Sequence record: OR413581.1
Reading direction: 5' to 3' (one strand)
Length of the DNA stretch: 64,000 bases
This document shows, in pieces, positions 45,641 to 55,083 of the stretch (the stretch's first letter is position 1; each line of letters begins with the position of its first letter). The translations under genes and the position numbers were made by a program. The notes beneath the pieces were generated by a model that was not told where the DNA came from, did not search any database, and was given only the letters and a program-made list of their open reading frames with translations.

Positions 45641-46903
45641 GTGACTACTGCTTATCAAGTGCGGGCCGACAGCGCTTTTGGCTTCTCTCGAGACACCCGA
45701 ACTTGGGGAACCATCGATGTCACGCAGCCCTTAAATACCCTTTGTGCTAACTACCACTTTTTCGAAGTAGGACTAGAAGCATTAGGTGCCGAATATACCT
45801 TCTATAGCCAGTATCACCTGGCCGATTTACAAAACCGTACGGACACCCTGCAGGATTGGTTGAATACCAAGTCAGGAACGGCGATTCCAACGCTTGGGAA
45901 AGGCCTACCGAAGCTCGAATTCGTTGAGGCACACTACCAGTCTATTAATGCCGACGTGCCCGTAGAAACGCACCTGTGCCCTCCTGGGTACCATTACACT
46001 CAGGACTTCAATCCTGATGATGCACACGACGTTGTTGTAGTCTGCGATGATGAATGGAAAGAGAAATACCGTACTGGGGTACTGTACAACATCAACGGTC
46101 AATGGGTGCCGCACCAATCTGACCCTGTGGGTGTTCGCTTAACCGGCGCTGGTAACATCGTGCGGAGAGCCAACACACCCGATATCGGCTGTCTAGTGAT
46201 GGCGAATATTGGTAAAGTGAAGACTTACCCCATATCCGGTTTAACGATGAACAAACTCGATACTACGCGAGATTACTATTCTTCGTTAATGCTGACCTTA
46301 CCCGATTCCATTACAGGGAAAACCGTTGGGTTCGTCATCGGAGGTATTCTGCATTGGTTGCCGCCGCAAGGCTATTTCAGCGACCGTGCGATTATGCTGA
46401 GTCTGCCAAACCTTAGCGTGGCGAAGATTGTATTGGAAACCCGTCGCTATTACGATTGGGATGCCATCGGTGTAGGTGATTTAAGTACGCCTACGTCCGT
46501 TCAACGTATTCGTAACTCAGAAACGTTAAAAGCGTTGCTGACGCACGAATCCTCGTTTATCTTTACGATAGACAACCCGTATCTCGAAAAAGAGATTCAC
46601 GGAATAAGCCACAACGCTATCTGGGGCCGGTTCTATTTAAAAGACCCGACTGACCCAGATGGGAAGAAGACGCTAGGTCCTATCTTTAACCGTATTGGTA
46701 AATGTGTAGGGTACTGGCCGACCTGGGAAGAAGGGGAGTGGGTCTTTAATACCACATTCTTCGACCGGGAAAACTTTTTGTTGGGGAACGCGCGTTGGTA
46801 TAACCAGAATTTGGTAAACGACGCGCAGGCAATCGTCGGGCCTTTCGGGGCTTGGGGTAAGCCGTTTGTTGAAATGCATCGCTACAAAGCAAGAAAAAAA
46901 TAA
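45641..46903 (+). CDS. probable virion structural protein, 420 aa
   Basis: GAGG RBS, GTG start; late-type promoter; location among tail genes. Confidence 0.7.
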   Translation: MTTAYQVRADSAFGFSRDTRTWGTIDVTQPLNTLCANYHFFEVGLEALGAEYTFYSQYHLADLQNRTDTLQDWLNTKSGTAIPTLGKGLPKLEFVEAHYQSINADVPVETHLCPPGYHYTQDFNPDDAHDVVVVCDDEWKEKYRTGVLYNINGQWVPHQSDPVGVRLTGAGNIVRRANTPDIGCLVMANIGKVKTYPISGLTMNKLDTTRDYYSSLMLTLPDSITGKTVGFVIGGILHWLPPQGYFSDRAIMLSLPNLSVAKIVLETRRYYDWDAIGVGDLSTPTSVQRIRNSETLKALLTHESSFIFTIDNPYLEKEIHGISHNAIWGRFYLKDPTDPDGKKTLGPIFNRIGKCVGYWPTWEEGEWVFNTTFFDRENFLLGNARWYNQNLVNDAQAIVGPFGAWGKPFVEMHRYKARKK

Positions 46904-46910
46904 AAGGTAA

Positions 46911-46950
46911 ACCCTACTCCCAACGGGAGTAGGGTACCTATATCTTTTTT
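46911..46950. terminator. bidirectional terminator
   Basis: ACCCTACTCCC-AAC-GGGAGTAGGGT between convergent genes. Confidence 0.85.
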
Positions 46951-46963
46951 GCCTGCAGGCCGA

Positions 46964-47173
46964 TTACGCGTTTACGTAATAGATGGCGTTGCCGAACATT
47001 TTGTTGTTGCCGCCACAAGCGGTAACTTTAAATGCTACGCCGCCTTCAGCTTCGGCTTTCTTAGCCAGCGCTTCGGTAACTTCGGTAACGGTGCTCAGTC
47101 CAGAAACCTGAACGGTGCCTGCTTCTACCAGACCAGAAACGTCGCTGCCTGCGGTGATTTCACGAATGCTCAT
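46964..47173 (-). CDS. DUF1471 (YdgH/BhsA/McbA-like) protein lacking a signal peptide
   Basis: GTVQVSG..T..EALAKKAEAEGG..FKVT..GNNKMFGNAIYY parallels BhsA/YhcN; GGAG RBS; in-frame stop just before ATG. Confidence 0.7.
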   Translation of the reverse strand: MSIREITAGSDVSGLVEAGTVQVSGLSTVTEVTEALAKKAEAEGGVAFKVTACGGNNKMFGNAIYYVNA

Positions 47174-47380
47174 TTACTTATCTCCATTAACAAATGATAG
47201 CAGAAGAACTCTATGTTCAACTACTTGTACTTCGAGGCATATTAACTGCCCCGACTCGTAAATTAGTTGACAATAAACCGGCTTTTGTGCGAAAAAAGTG
47301 GCTAACTGTGCACAAGCGATTCGGGTTATCGTTACAGTTAGGGGTTTATTGTCACATTATACCCCACACACGTAAATAAC

Positions 47381-48313
47381 TTAGTGTGGTGTACTGGTGT
47401 CGTTGCCCGGACCATGGCCAGTATGTACGTGAAGAGTAAAGGTGATGCCGCCGATAACCGATTCGGTAACTGTGAATGTGCCCTTACCCTCACCCTTGCC
47501 GTTATAGAGGAAATCCTTACCTACTTCCAGGTTACCGGTAAATAGATTCGTTGGGCATGTGGTCTTCCAGTCTTTAGTCGTCCATGCCATGTTTTTCGAC
47601 GCTGTAGAGTTGCGAGTTTCGCACTTCTCGTTAATCGTCTTTGTCTCGAGATTAATAGAACGTTTAGCATAAATGAAAGCGTCCTCTTTATTGATATTAA
47701 TCTTCGACCGGCAGGCGTTTTCAAATCCCAAGTCATCCTCTGGAGAGTTGAGGTAGAACTTACGCCCTTCGTCATCCACTAACTGGCAAAACCCATCGCG
47801 CGTGTTCAGCTGAAGCAGATACGCGTTTTTCTCACCGTTAGTCATACTGGTACGTAAAGTAACGTGACCATCCATCGGAGAGATATTCAGTACGTAGGCG
47901 TTAGAGAGGTCATCGGCCATCTGGTTTACTGGGTCAGCAGACCAGGCGTATACGCCGTCTTCCAGTCGCTTAACGTTACTGTTGTTTAAATCTTCCCAGA
48001 AGTACATATCGGTTTCACCGATACGCCAGATTCTTACGTAGTCTTCTTTTTTCACATCCGGAGGGTTAACCCGGTTGCTGTTGGACTTCATCCATTTTGC
48101 AGTGATGGCATTACCTTGCTTTACAGTAAGGTTGTCAGTACCACTTAAACTGTTGTGTTGCTTCTCTACAGGTGTCTCTGTTGCATCGACAGCTGTTGGA
48201 TTAATAAAGTTAACTTCGATAGGGATGACTTTAACTCGAGTGGCACCACGAGGTTTATCTTCCGCGACGATACCTATCGAGAAGATGTGCAACCCTGACT
48301 TAGATTTATTCAT
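47381..48313 (-). CDS. baseplate central spike (gpV/gp5-like)
   Basis: OB-like N-domain, beta-repeat body, C-terminal TLHVHTGH (HxH metal-binding apex); GGAGG RBS. Confidence 0.7.
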   Translation of the reverse strand: MNKSKSGLHIFSIGIVAEDKPRGATRVKVIPIEVNFINPTAVDATETPVEKQHNSLSGTDNLTVKQGNAITAKWMKSNSNRVNPPDVKKEDYVRIWRIGETDMYFWEDLNNSNVKRLEDGVYAWSADPVNQMADDLSNAYVLNISPMDGHVTLRTSMTNGEKNAYLLQLNTRDGFCQLVDDEGRKFYLNSPEDDLGFENACRSKININKEDAFIYAKRSINLETKTINEKCETRNSTASKNMAWTTKDWKTTCPTNLFTGNLEVGKDFLYNGKGEGKGTFTVTESVIGGITFTLHVHTGHGPGNDTSTPH

Positions 48314-48323
48314 ACCACCCTCC

Positions 48324-48333
48324 TCTCATACTA
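48324..48333 (-). promoter_or_regulatory. putative late promoter TAGTATG
   Basis: TAGTATG on the - strand just upstream of the spike gene RBS. Confidence 0.45.
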
Positions 48334-48498
48334 CACTTTTTTTACGTTTCGATCTCATCGTTTGACAATCGAGGAGAGTACGGGGGTAAGGGGGTTTATG
48401 TATTGGATGCGAACATAAACGGAGGTATCCGTAGGATACCGACATCCTTTTGTTTTGTAGTTGACCTTGACTTTTAACCTAACGAGGAGTGCAGTACC

Positions 48499-48816
48499 AT
48501 GTCTTTATTTCAAACCATTAAAAGTGCATTAGAGCGTAATGATGCAGACAGTGCCTTTACTGCGTTACAGAAAGCCAGTAACGGGAAGCTAGACAGCGTC
48601 TTTGCTAACAATCAAAGAATGCGCTTTTACAAAGTCGGGGAAGTAGACCAATTCTACGACGAACTGTTTACGGGGGTAGTGCAAAGCGCGGTATACGCCA
48701 TGCCGACTGAACAATTAAGTCAGTTTGAAAAAGGGATGCGTTACCAGCGGTTAAGTAACGACTACGCATTACTGAATCTGGCTATCGATGACTGCGTCGT
48801 GCTGGTCGTATACTAA
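48499..48816 (+). CDS. hypothetical protein
   Basis: GAGGAG RBS. Confidence 0.8.
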   Translation: MSLFQTIKSALERNDADSAFTALQKASNGKLDSVFANNQRMRFYKVGEVDQFYDELFTGVVQSAVYAMPTEQLSQFEKGMRYQRLSNDYALLNLAIDDCVVLVVY

Positions 48817-48817
48817 G

Positions 48818-48873
48818 TTTTTACAGATAGATGTCATCTTAGTGAGCATTGTGTATAAACCCACAGTCGCTTA
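48818..48873 (+). promoter_or_regulatory. variant early promoter motif plus hairpin
   Basis: TTTTTACAGATAGATGTCATCTTAGTGAG aligns with the 4254/52591/54408 motif. Confidence 0.5.
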
Positions 48874-48936
48874 AACACCAACTGTTCTTTAGTAACAGTT
48901 TTTGGTCACTTTAGTGTACTTTAAAGGAAATACCAA

Positions 48937-50175
48937 ATGTATAACGAATACGAATTAGTTTACCAGACACCGAAAGAAGCATTCTTTAATGCAGTAATTA
49001 CTAACTCAATTGTACTGTTGGGAATGCAGTTCAGTATTCGGAGTATGGCTTACAGCGACGTAACGTGGCAGGATTGTGCGTACCTGCCACAAAAGCTCTC
49101 AACCGTTGTCGAAAAGCGGCTGCTTGACAAAGGGGAAGTAAAGTGCCGTTTAGGCCACCACGTCTCTGACTTAGCGCCGTGGGTTGAGTTAACCATGACG
49201 TTCGAAGGGGATTCGCGGGTAGCTTACCTATCGGGCAATCAAAACATCGGACGCGCCATTGCTGAGGGTAACACAATGTGGGTGCACTACATTCTTACTC
49301 TGCTGACCGGTAAACCGGTGTTCGAGTTAACACCTGACATGCCGGCACTAAGCGATAGCAACTGGTGGACTGGCGGAGAGCTGAATACAGGGTTTAATGA
49401 GAAATTACAAAACTTTAATTCAGAGCGACTCGATGTTGATGCGGAAGTGTTGGTGCAGCAGTTCCCCGAATTCACTGCGTACCAAATTACTACCGTATGG
49501 AATAGAGCGGTAAGCAAGCGCAGATTCTACACGAAAAACGCACCGCGTGAAGCAGCCAAACCTGTGGAAATTGACGAAGACACCAAGGAAGCACTGCGTG
49601 ATCTAGCCACCATAGCCAATGATGGCAATACGATGTTCTGGACATCTGATGAAAACGCTAACCATTATTTCGGTGAGATGTTAGACGCCGATGTTTGGTC
49701 AGTAATGCCGATAGCAGAGCCCGGAAACCTTAAAGATTACCATAAGGTCGAAAAAGGCGATGTGGTTAATGAGAAGGTCGTCACCCTTCTTAACGTTTTC
49801 CGCGAAGTTATCCAATCGGAAATACTGTTAAGCATCTATAAGCGTAAGACCCCGGCCAGTGAAAATGACACGGCCTGGGTATTTGACTGTCGACCGACAA
49901 ATACAATATCGCCTGCGTTCTGGATACAGGTGTCAGGAACGCTGCAGCGCGTGAACAGTTCCGTTGTTTCTCGCCTGCCAGATTCTGAAATGCGCTCCGT
50001 TGCCGAACCTGCTTATTTGATGTCAGCGAAGGCGGTACGAGAAGCGTGGGGTACCAGCGAACTGAAACAGTGGCATTACGACGCTATCATCAAATGGGGT
50101 GTTAACAATGGCTGGAAAGAAGTGACTAAGTACGGCCGTCAACTGTTGTTTGTCGCAGATTTGCGTTTACTGTAA
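48937..50175 (+). CDS. hypothetical protein, 412 aa
   Basis: AAGGA RBS; long ORF. Confidence 0.85.
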   Translation: MYNEYELVYQTPKEAFFNAVITNSIVLLGMQFSIRSMAYSDVTWQDCAYLPQKLSTVVEKRLLDKGEVKCRLGHHVSDLAPWVELTMTFEGDSRVAYLSGNQNIGRAIAEGNTMWVHYILTLLTGKPVFELTPDMPALSDSNWWTGGELNTGFNEKLQNFNSERLDVDAEVLVQQFPEFTAYQITTVWNRAVSKRRFYTKNAPREAAKPVEIDEDTKEALRDLATIANDGNTMFWTSDENANHYFGEMLDADVWSVMPIAEPGNLKDYHKVEKGDVVNEKVVTLLNVFREVIQSEILLSIYKRKTPASENDTAWVFDCRPTNTISPAFWIQVSGTLQRVNSSVVSRLPDSEMRSVAEPAYLMSAKAVREAWGTSELKQWHYDAIIKWGVNNGWKEVTKYGRQLLFVADLRLL

Positions 50176-50185
50176 TCTCGTCATC

Positions 50186-50214
50186 GGGGGTCTTGTACCC
50201 CCTTCTTATTTTTT
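50186..50214 (+). terminator. rho-independent terminator
   Basis: GGGGGT-CTTGT-ACCCCC plus T tract. Confidence 0.7.
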
Positions 50215-50235
50215 AACCGTAAAGAGTATTTAACC

Positions 50236-50817
50236 ATGTCACAACCAATTATTGAACAACATGAAATGAACTACGAAGAACTGACCCGCCGCTATCGCGT
50301 GAAAGCCCCACGGGTAGTAGAAGGTTGCGAGAAATACAAAGAAGCAGACTTCGTGGTATTCCAACGCGAAGGTGTTCCGATGTTGGTGTTCGTAAAACAC
50401 GTCACCACCGATAACGACGACCGTCTAGTGATGCTGTATAACGTGATGGCTACCGTACTAGATACCGATATTGGACTGTTACGTCGTTATAAATCATCCT
50501 ACGAACAGAAAGCGAAGGTGGTTGCTTTTGACTTACCACGCACGGTACTAGTAGATGGTTCCCGTCCGGCTATTCTTCGTTTTACGAAAAGCGAAGACGA
50601 CAGTAACCCAGCACATATCGTTCAGCCGCTAACGCTGTCGCAAGATACGTTACAGCAGAACGGCGGGATGGATTGGCTAAACGTCATGTTACCGGGACTA
50701 GCTGAAGGTCAGGAATTGCATCTGGTTTGCTACACCCCATCCGTTGAGCACACCTATGCGCGTTACCTTACCGAAGAACACGGTTTCCGTAACCACCGTG
50801 GTATTTACATTGCGTAA
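50236..50817 (+). CDS. hypothetical protein
   Basis: 193-aa ORF. Confidence 0.8.
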   Translation: MSQPIIEQHEMNYEELTRRYRVKAPRVVEGCEKYKEADFVVFQREGVPMLVFVKHVTTDNDDRLVMLYNVMATVLDTDIGLLRRYKSSYEQKAKVVAFDLPRTVLVDGSRPAILRFTKSEDDSNPAHIVQPLTLSQDTLQQNGGMDWLNVMLPGLAEGQELHLVCYTPSVEHTYARYLTEEHGFRNHRGIYIA

Positions 50818-50826
50818 GGTGAGTGT

Positions 50827-51390
50827 ATGTTCCGTTTACTAGAAATTCGAAACGATATCTGGCAAGAGCACATCCGCAACGATCCGGAGTGGGAAGGAGT
50901 TGAAAGTGATTTACCGGATAACCCCGACCAGCTGTTGGTGTTCCTTTATAGCGATAAGGCCAAACAGATCAAGGGGATATTTGAACGCAAAACGACAAGC
51001 TTGTCGACCTTACTGAACTGCATTTGCTGTGGCGTCAGTGAGCTTGATCCCAATCTATTCACCAACTATCTTGCGCGTAAAGTCCGTACACCGCTACTGG
51101 AGGTTACACTCCCGCCAGATATTCGTATCAGTAAAACTGTACCGACCGTTTTGCGTTTACAGGATGTCTCTGGTAGTAGCGACGATGGGGAAACAACGAT
51201 TACCCTTTCCTCGTCAGAGAGTGAACTCGCAACCGAATCGTTTCTTAGCGAAGTCGAGGCCGGATTAAAGCAGGACGTAATCGTCTATAATCTCGGCGGT
51301 GTGCCCATTGAACCCATTTTACACTTCTTTGAAAGCCAAACCTGCCATCTCGTAGAAAGCTTAACATATCACTTTAAAGGAGCCTTATAA
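50827..51390 (+). CDS. hypothetical acidic protein
   Basis: AAGGTGA RBS; 187 aa. Confidence 0.75.
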   Translation: MFRLLEIRNDIWQEHIRNDPEWEGVESDLPDNPDQLLVFLYSDKAKQIKGIFERKTTSLSTLLNCICCGVSELDPNLFTNYLARKVRTPLLEVTLPPDIRISKTVPTVLRLQDVSGSSDDGETTITLSSSESELATESFLSEVEAGLKQDVIVYNLGGVPIEPILHFFESQTCHLVESLTYHFKGAL

Positions 51391-51917
51391 TGAAACTCGA
51401 AGGTTATATTGTTACTGATAAGCCGTTTGTTGAGGCTAACCTTTCACGTTCTCAAGTTGTCTATAAAGACATCGATGTCCCTGCTGAAATTGTTAAAGCG
51501 AATCCCAGCTGGCTAATCAACCACGTTTCTTTGGAAATCACCAATCCATTTATCAACGATCCTACTGACCCGTTCGTCGATATCGGTAATTTCCGCGAGA
51601 TTCTTTCCCCGCATCAATACCAGACAGTTGCACAGAAGAAAGGGAACTTGCTCATTGAAACAAATGAGTGGGAGCGTATCCAAGAGCGTCATCCTGAAAA
51701 GGGTTTGATGGAGGTTTACCACCAACACCCTAAAGAGTTTGACAAGTTACCACTATGGGCGTCGGTGGCGTATAACTGTAGTGCGATATATGACCATCTG
51801 TTGCTGAGCGGATACGATGGCGCAATACACGCAGCCGAAGGCCCGCACGCGCCGGTAACTGTTTATCACACATTTCACCCAGCGCGCATCAAATTCATTG
51901 AAACGTTGAGTGTGTAG
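51390..51917 (+). CDS. hypothetical protein, possible ADP-ribosyltransferase-like fold
   Basis: AAGGAG RBS; V.LEITNPF and GYDGAIH..TFHPARIK resemble ART-PolyVal motifs. Confidence 0.6.
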   Translation: MKLEGYIVTDKPFVEANLSRSQVVYKDIDVPAEIVKANPSWLINHVSLEITNPFINDPTDPFVDIGNFREILSPHQYQTVAQKKGNLLIETNEWERIQERHPEKGLMEVYHQHPKEFDKLPLWASVAYNCSAIYDHLLLSGYDGAIHAAEGPHAPVTVYHTFHPARIKFIETLSV

Positions 51918-51922
51918 TTTAT

Positions 51923-51963
51923 CTCCAGTAACCCTCGTGGTTACTGGAGTCCTCTTATTTTTT
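51923..51963 (+). terminator. rho-independent terminator
   Basis: CTCCAGTAACC-CTCGT-GGTTACTGGAG then T tract. Confidence 0.8.
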
Positions 51964-51996
51964 ACACTTAACTCAAATTAATTTGAGGTGTGGTAT

Positions 51997-52584
51997 ATGA
52001 CAGAACGTATTTTACGACTGCAAGAGAACAAGTTAGAAGACCTGCACGTAATGCGTAGTCGTGGCTTGTTTCCGGTGGGGCTTGATGTGAGTGGATTATT
52101 AACTGCCGCAGAGCACGGGGATAGGGTCATTACAATGCATTCGCGTGGGAGCGAAGTGGTCTCTGCGATTTTCATCGATAAGGTTATTCCAGACTCGGAA
52201 AGCGGTAGGGAGGCAGGACACATCATTTACGAATACTTTCGCAGCATTCTATACGAGGAAAAGATAAATGTCAAAACTTTTATGGAGTACGCTAAGCGAA
52301 ATAACTACATCGATGCGCGACTGATGGTCACGGAAGGCACCCCAACTATAAACGGTAAAGTCCATCATCGTTTACTTGGAGCACAGTTGCCGAGACTAGG
52401 CGAGATACCAACGACGATAGAGCTGCACCAAAAAACAGATTGGCGACACAAAATCGAAGTGCTTCACAAGCTTTACGATTTATCGATCGTTCAAATCAAA
52501 CTGGTGGACTTTACGCCTGCAAATATGCAAATCGCTAAGCGTGCATTGGGTTTTCGTATTCTTAACACAACGTTCACATTGTAA
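51997..52584 (+). CDS. hypothetical protein
   Basis: GAGGTG RBS before ATG 51997. Confidence 0.8.
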   Translation: MTERILRLQENKLEDLHVMRSRGLFPVGLDVSGLLTAAEHGDRVITMHSRGSEVVSAIFIDKVIPDSESGREAGHIIYEYFRSILYEEKINVKTFMEYAKRNNYIDARLMVTEGTPTINGKVHHRLLGAQLPRLGEIPTTIELHQKTDWRHKIEVLHKLYDLSIVQIKLVDFTPANMQIAKRALGFRILNTTFTL

Positions 52585-52590
52585 AATATC

Positions 52591-52631
52591 TCAGATATAT
52601 ATTACCTAGGTGAGAGTTAAGAGATTAACTC
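52591..52631 (+). promoter_or_regulatory. putative early promoter plus hairpin
   Basis: 29/30 identical to 4257-4286; TATATTAC core; GAGTTAA-gaga-TTAACTC stem. Confidence 0.7.
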
Positions 52632-52635
52632 AACT

Positions 52636-52664
52636 GGCTACCCTCGGGTAGCCTATTCTTTTTT
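52636..52664 (+). terminator. terminator-like hairpin downstream of the promoter motif
   Basis: GGCTACC-CTCG-GGTAGCC-TATTCTTTTTT. Confidence 0.7.
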
Positions 52665-52689
52665 AAACCAATCGACTATAGAGTAAAAC

Positions 52690-53091
52690 ATGACTATCAA
52701 GAAGTTCTTACAAGCAGTAGTAGTTCTGGCCGCATGTGGTATTGCAGCAACTTATGCTTTCGATAAGCCAGACGTGACTGAATACACATCAGCTGATTCG
52801 GATTATGGCATTGCACCGAATGAAAAACCGGAACTGATGCGTGAGGTCGAACAGTTACAAATCTACAGACTGACGGACGGTAAGAACTGCACAGGGCTGG
52901 TTATCGCTGATAAGAAATTGAAAATGTATCAGCGGTTAATCGACATATCGTGCAATCAACCAAAAGTCACCTCGGTCAGTGTATCGCCACTGGAATTACC
53001 GAATTTGGTTGCTGTGAGCTTTTATCACAACGATGTGCTCGTCGGTCGCATCACCCTCAATCGTGGAGATATCAAAAATGAAATGCAATAA
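52690..53091 (+). CDS. exported protein (signal peptide, possible LAAC lipobox)
   Basis: MTIKKFLQAVVVLAAC; one Cys pair in the mature part. Confidence 0.75.
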   Translation: MTIKKFLQAVVVLAACGIAATYAFDKPDVTEYTSADSDYGIAPNEKPELMREVEQLQIYRLTDGKNCTGLVIADKKLKMYQRLIDISCNQPKVTSVSVSPLELPNLVAVSFYHNDVLVGRITLNRGDIKNEMQ

Positions 53092-53569
53092 CGTTAATCG
53101 CCACTTGGCCAAAGTGGTGCTTTTTACTGTGCTGTTGATGGCAGTTGTTGTTGGGCTACGGATTTCTAAGGCACGCGCTGACGAATTCAGCGGGTTCCAG
53201 GGCAGCATTAACGGCAGCATTCCAGCATATACCCGCACCATCAATCTTAATGATAAGCCGTTCTGGTGCAATGCGCGTAAGCTGCTTAAGAAACAGTGTC
53301 GTGTAGTTGACATATCCTTCAACGGTCGTGTCGCTATCGTACACCGTCCGGGCGATAAAGATTGCCCAGGTGGTTGGTGGGGTGCAGTCGACCGTCACAA
53401 TGGTGACGCGTTATGGCTTATCCCTAATCGTGATGAACTATCAGTGGAGAAAATTTGCAGCAAAGATTTCAGAGCCGGTTTTGTACAGCGACCGGATACC
53501 AAAACTCTGGCCTCCATCGCTATGTACTACGGTATGGAAACCATCAAAACAATCGACTATTCAGAATAA
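53078..53569 (+). CDS. exported Cys-containing protein, paralogue 1
   Basis: GGAG RBS, ATG 53078; hydrophobic signal ..ARA; PFWC..C..C..C pattern. Confidence 0.75.
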   Translation: MKCNNVNRHLAKVVLFTVLLMAVVVGLRISKARADEFSGFQGSINGSIPAYTRTINLNDKPFWCNARKLLKKQCRVVDISFNGRVAIVHRPGDKDCPGGWWGAVDRHNGDALWLIPNRDELSVEKICSKDFRAGFVQRPDTKTLASIAMYYGMETIKTIDYSE

Positions 53570-53591
53570 CTCAAAAAATTGAGGTGCTATT

Positions 53592-54002
53592 ATGAAACAT
53601 TTTTTATTACCAGTTTTACTTGCTACTCTGGCCATTAGCTTCTTCGCTCGCGCTGGGAGTATCGAGTTACCAAAAGTTGTTAACGATCACGAATACGGCG
53701 GGCCGTTCTGGTGCCAGAACTCTGACGTACAAGGCGGTAGCTGCCAGATCGTTGCGATGTCCGATAACAACCGTTACCTGTTAGTGAAAACGATGGGCGG
53801 TGTCGCATGTGGCGACCCTGAATACGGGGTTATTAACATGGCAACCGGGCAAGCCGAATCCATGAACTATAATGATAACCAAGCCTGCAGTGGTGAAGCC
53901 GTTGCTGAGTTTACACGCGACCCAGGCGACAATGCCCTGACGGTTATCATGTACGACCCTACGATTAAGAAAAACGTAGGCATCAATAAACTCGACTTTT
54001 AA
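53592..54002 (+). CDS. exported Cys-containing protein, paralogue 2
   Basis: GAGGTG RBS; signal ..FARA; PFWC..C..C..C. Confidence 0.8.
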   Translation: MKHFLLPVLLATLAISFFARAGSIELPKVVNDHEYGGPFWCQNSDVQGGSCQIVAMSDNNRYLLVKTMGGVACGDPEYGVINMATGQAESMNYNDNQACSGEAVAEFTRDPGDNALTVIMYDPTIKKNVGINKLDF

Positions 54003-54015
54003 GTAAGGAAACAAC

Positions 54016-54399
54016 ATGCGTGGATTTATGGGTATTATCGCGGCGGTGTTCTTGACCGCTTCTGCTTCAGCTACAACCAGCGTAGAAGATTTACTGCCAG
54101 GCACACCGTATCAGTACAACCCGCCTTCATTCGAAGTCTGTACTGGCGACGATGGCAGATGTGAAGAAGTCAGCCGTCACGACGAGTATATCCTGGTCCA
54201 CGCAAAGGGCGAGGAAACTTGTCCGGCTGGTTACTACTTCTTGTTGAACTCAAAGGCACAAGAGATTGTGCCAGTAGAGACAATAACGTGCGACCCGACG
54301 CTTCGCGCGTCGCTCGCTTACAATACGAAAACCAAACAACGCCTCCTGGTTATTGAACAGCAAGGGGTGGTGCGTGGTTCAGTAGCGCTCGACCAGTAA
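54016..54399 (+). CDS. exported Cys-containing protein, paralogue 3
   Basis: AAGGA RBS; signal ..ASA; C..C..CPAGYY..C. Confidence 0.8.
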   Translation: MRGFMGIIAAVFLTASASATTSVEDLLPGTPYQYNPPSFEVCTGDDGRCEEVSRHDEYILVHAKGEETCPAGYYFLLNSKAQEIVPVETITCDPTLRASLAYNTKTKQRLLVIEQQGVVRGSVALDQ

Positions 54400-54407
54400 C
54401 CGAAAAG

Positions 54408-54450
54408 TTTTCAGACAGATGTTATAACGTGAGATGACGACCCATCTCAC
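54408..54450 (+). promoter_or_regulatory. variant early promoter motif plus hairpin
   Basis: TTTTCAGACAGATGTTATAACGTGAG; GTGAGATG-acgacc-CATCTCAC stem. Confidence 0.55.
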
Positions 54451-54528
54451 TTTGGCCCTGCGGTGATTTCCCCAACACTTAGCCGCAGGGTCCTTTTTAA
54501 TCGACTATTACTCGTAAGGATTAAGCAA

Positions 54529-55029
54529 ATGAACATGAACATTCTCGACGATACCCGTTCTTCTTTCTTTACTCAGATGAACGTCAATCCCGAACGTACC
54601 CGTGCCATTCTTTCCACTGGCTGGAAGTTAAAGCTGTTAGGCGAGTTAACCCTAAACCGCACCGACTGGCCAGAAGAAGCGACCGTATTGATTAACAGCA
54701 TTCACAGCGAGTGGCTAGATGCTGCGTTGAATGCCCCACAACTACGTCCGTACTATCGGATGCTTCATGCGGGTTATGAAGTATACCGCAAAGGTTGGTA
54801 CGCTGCAGCCACTTATTGCAAAACCCCTGAAGGTCGTGAAGACAACACTGTCGACCACGTATTAGTAAACAATTTCTGGGGCGACCAAATCGAAGTCTTA
54901 CAACTTTCCACCGGTGACCGTATTCCGGCCTGTGAGTTATTCGAAACTAACGCACAAATGTACGAACCATATGCAATGATTCGTGGCCGTAAGGTCCCAA
55001 TCATTTCCCTTATGCATATGGGGCTGTAA
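54529..55029 (+). CDS. hypothetical protein
   Basis: AAGGA RBS before ATG 54529. Confidence 0.8.
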   Translation: MNMNILDDTRSSFFTQMNVNPERTRAILSTGWKLKLLGELTLNRTDWPEEATVLINSIHSEWLDAALNAPQLRPYYRMLHAGYEVYRKGWYAAATYCKTPEGREDNTVDHVLVNNFWGDQIEVLQLSTGDRIPACELFETNAQMYEPYAMIRGRKVPIISLMHMGL

Positions 55030-55036
55030 ATACGAG

Positions 55037-55066
55037 AGGTAGCCTACGGGCTACCTTCTTTTTTTG
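55037..55066 (+). terminator. rho-independent terminator
   Basis: AGGTAGCC-TACG-GGCTACCT plus T tract. Confidence 0.85.
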
Positions 55067-55083
55067 TTGAAGAAGGATTAAAC

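Noticed and set aside
47356-47361. TATAAT on the - strand upstream of the DUF1471 gene
   Set aside because: No -35 at proper spacing; insufficient on its own
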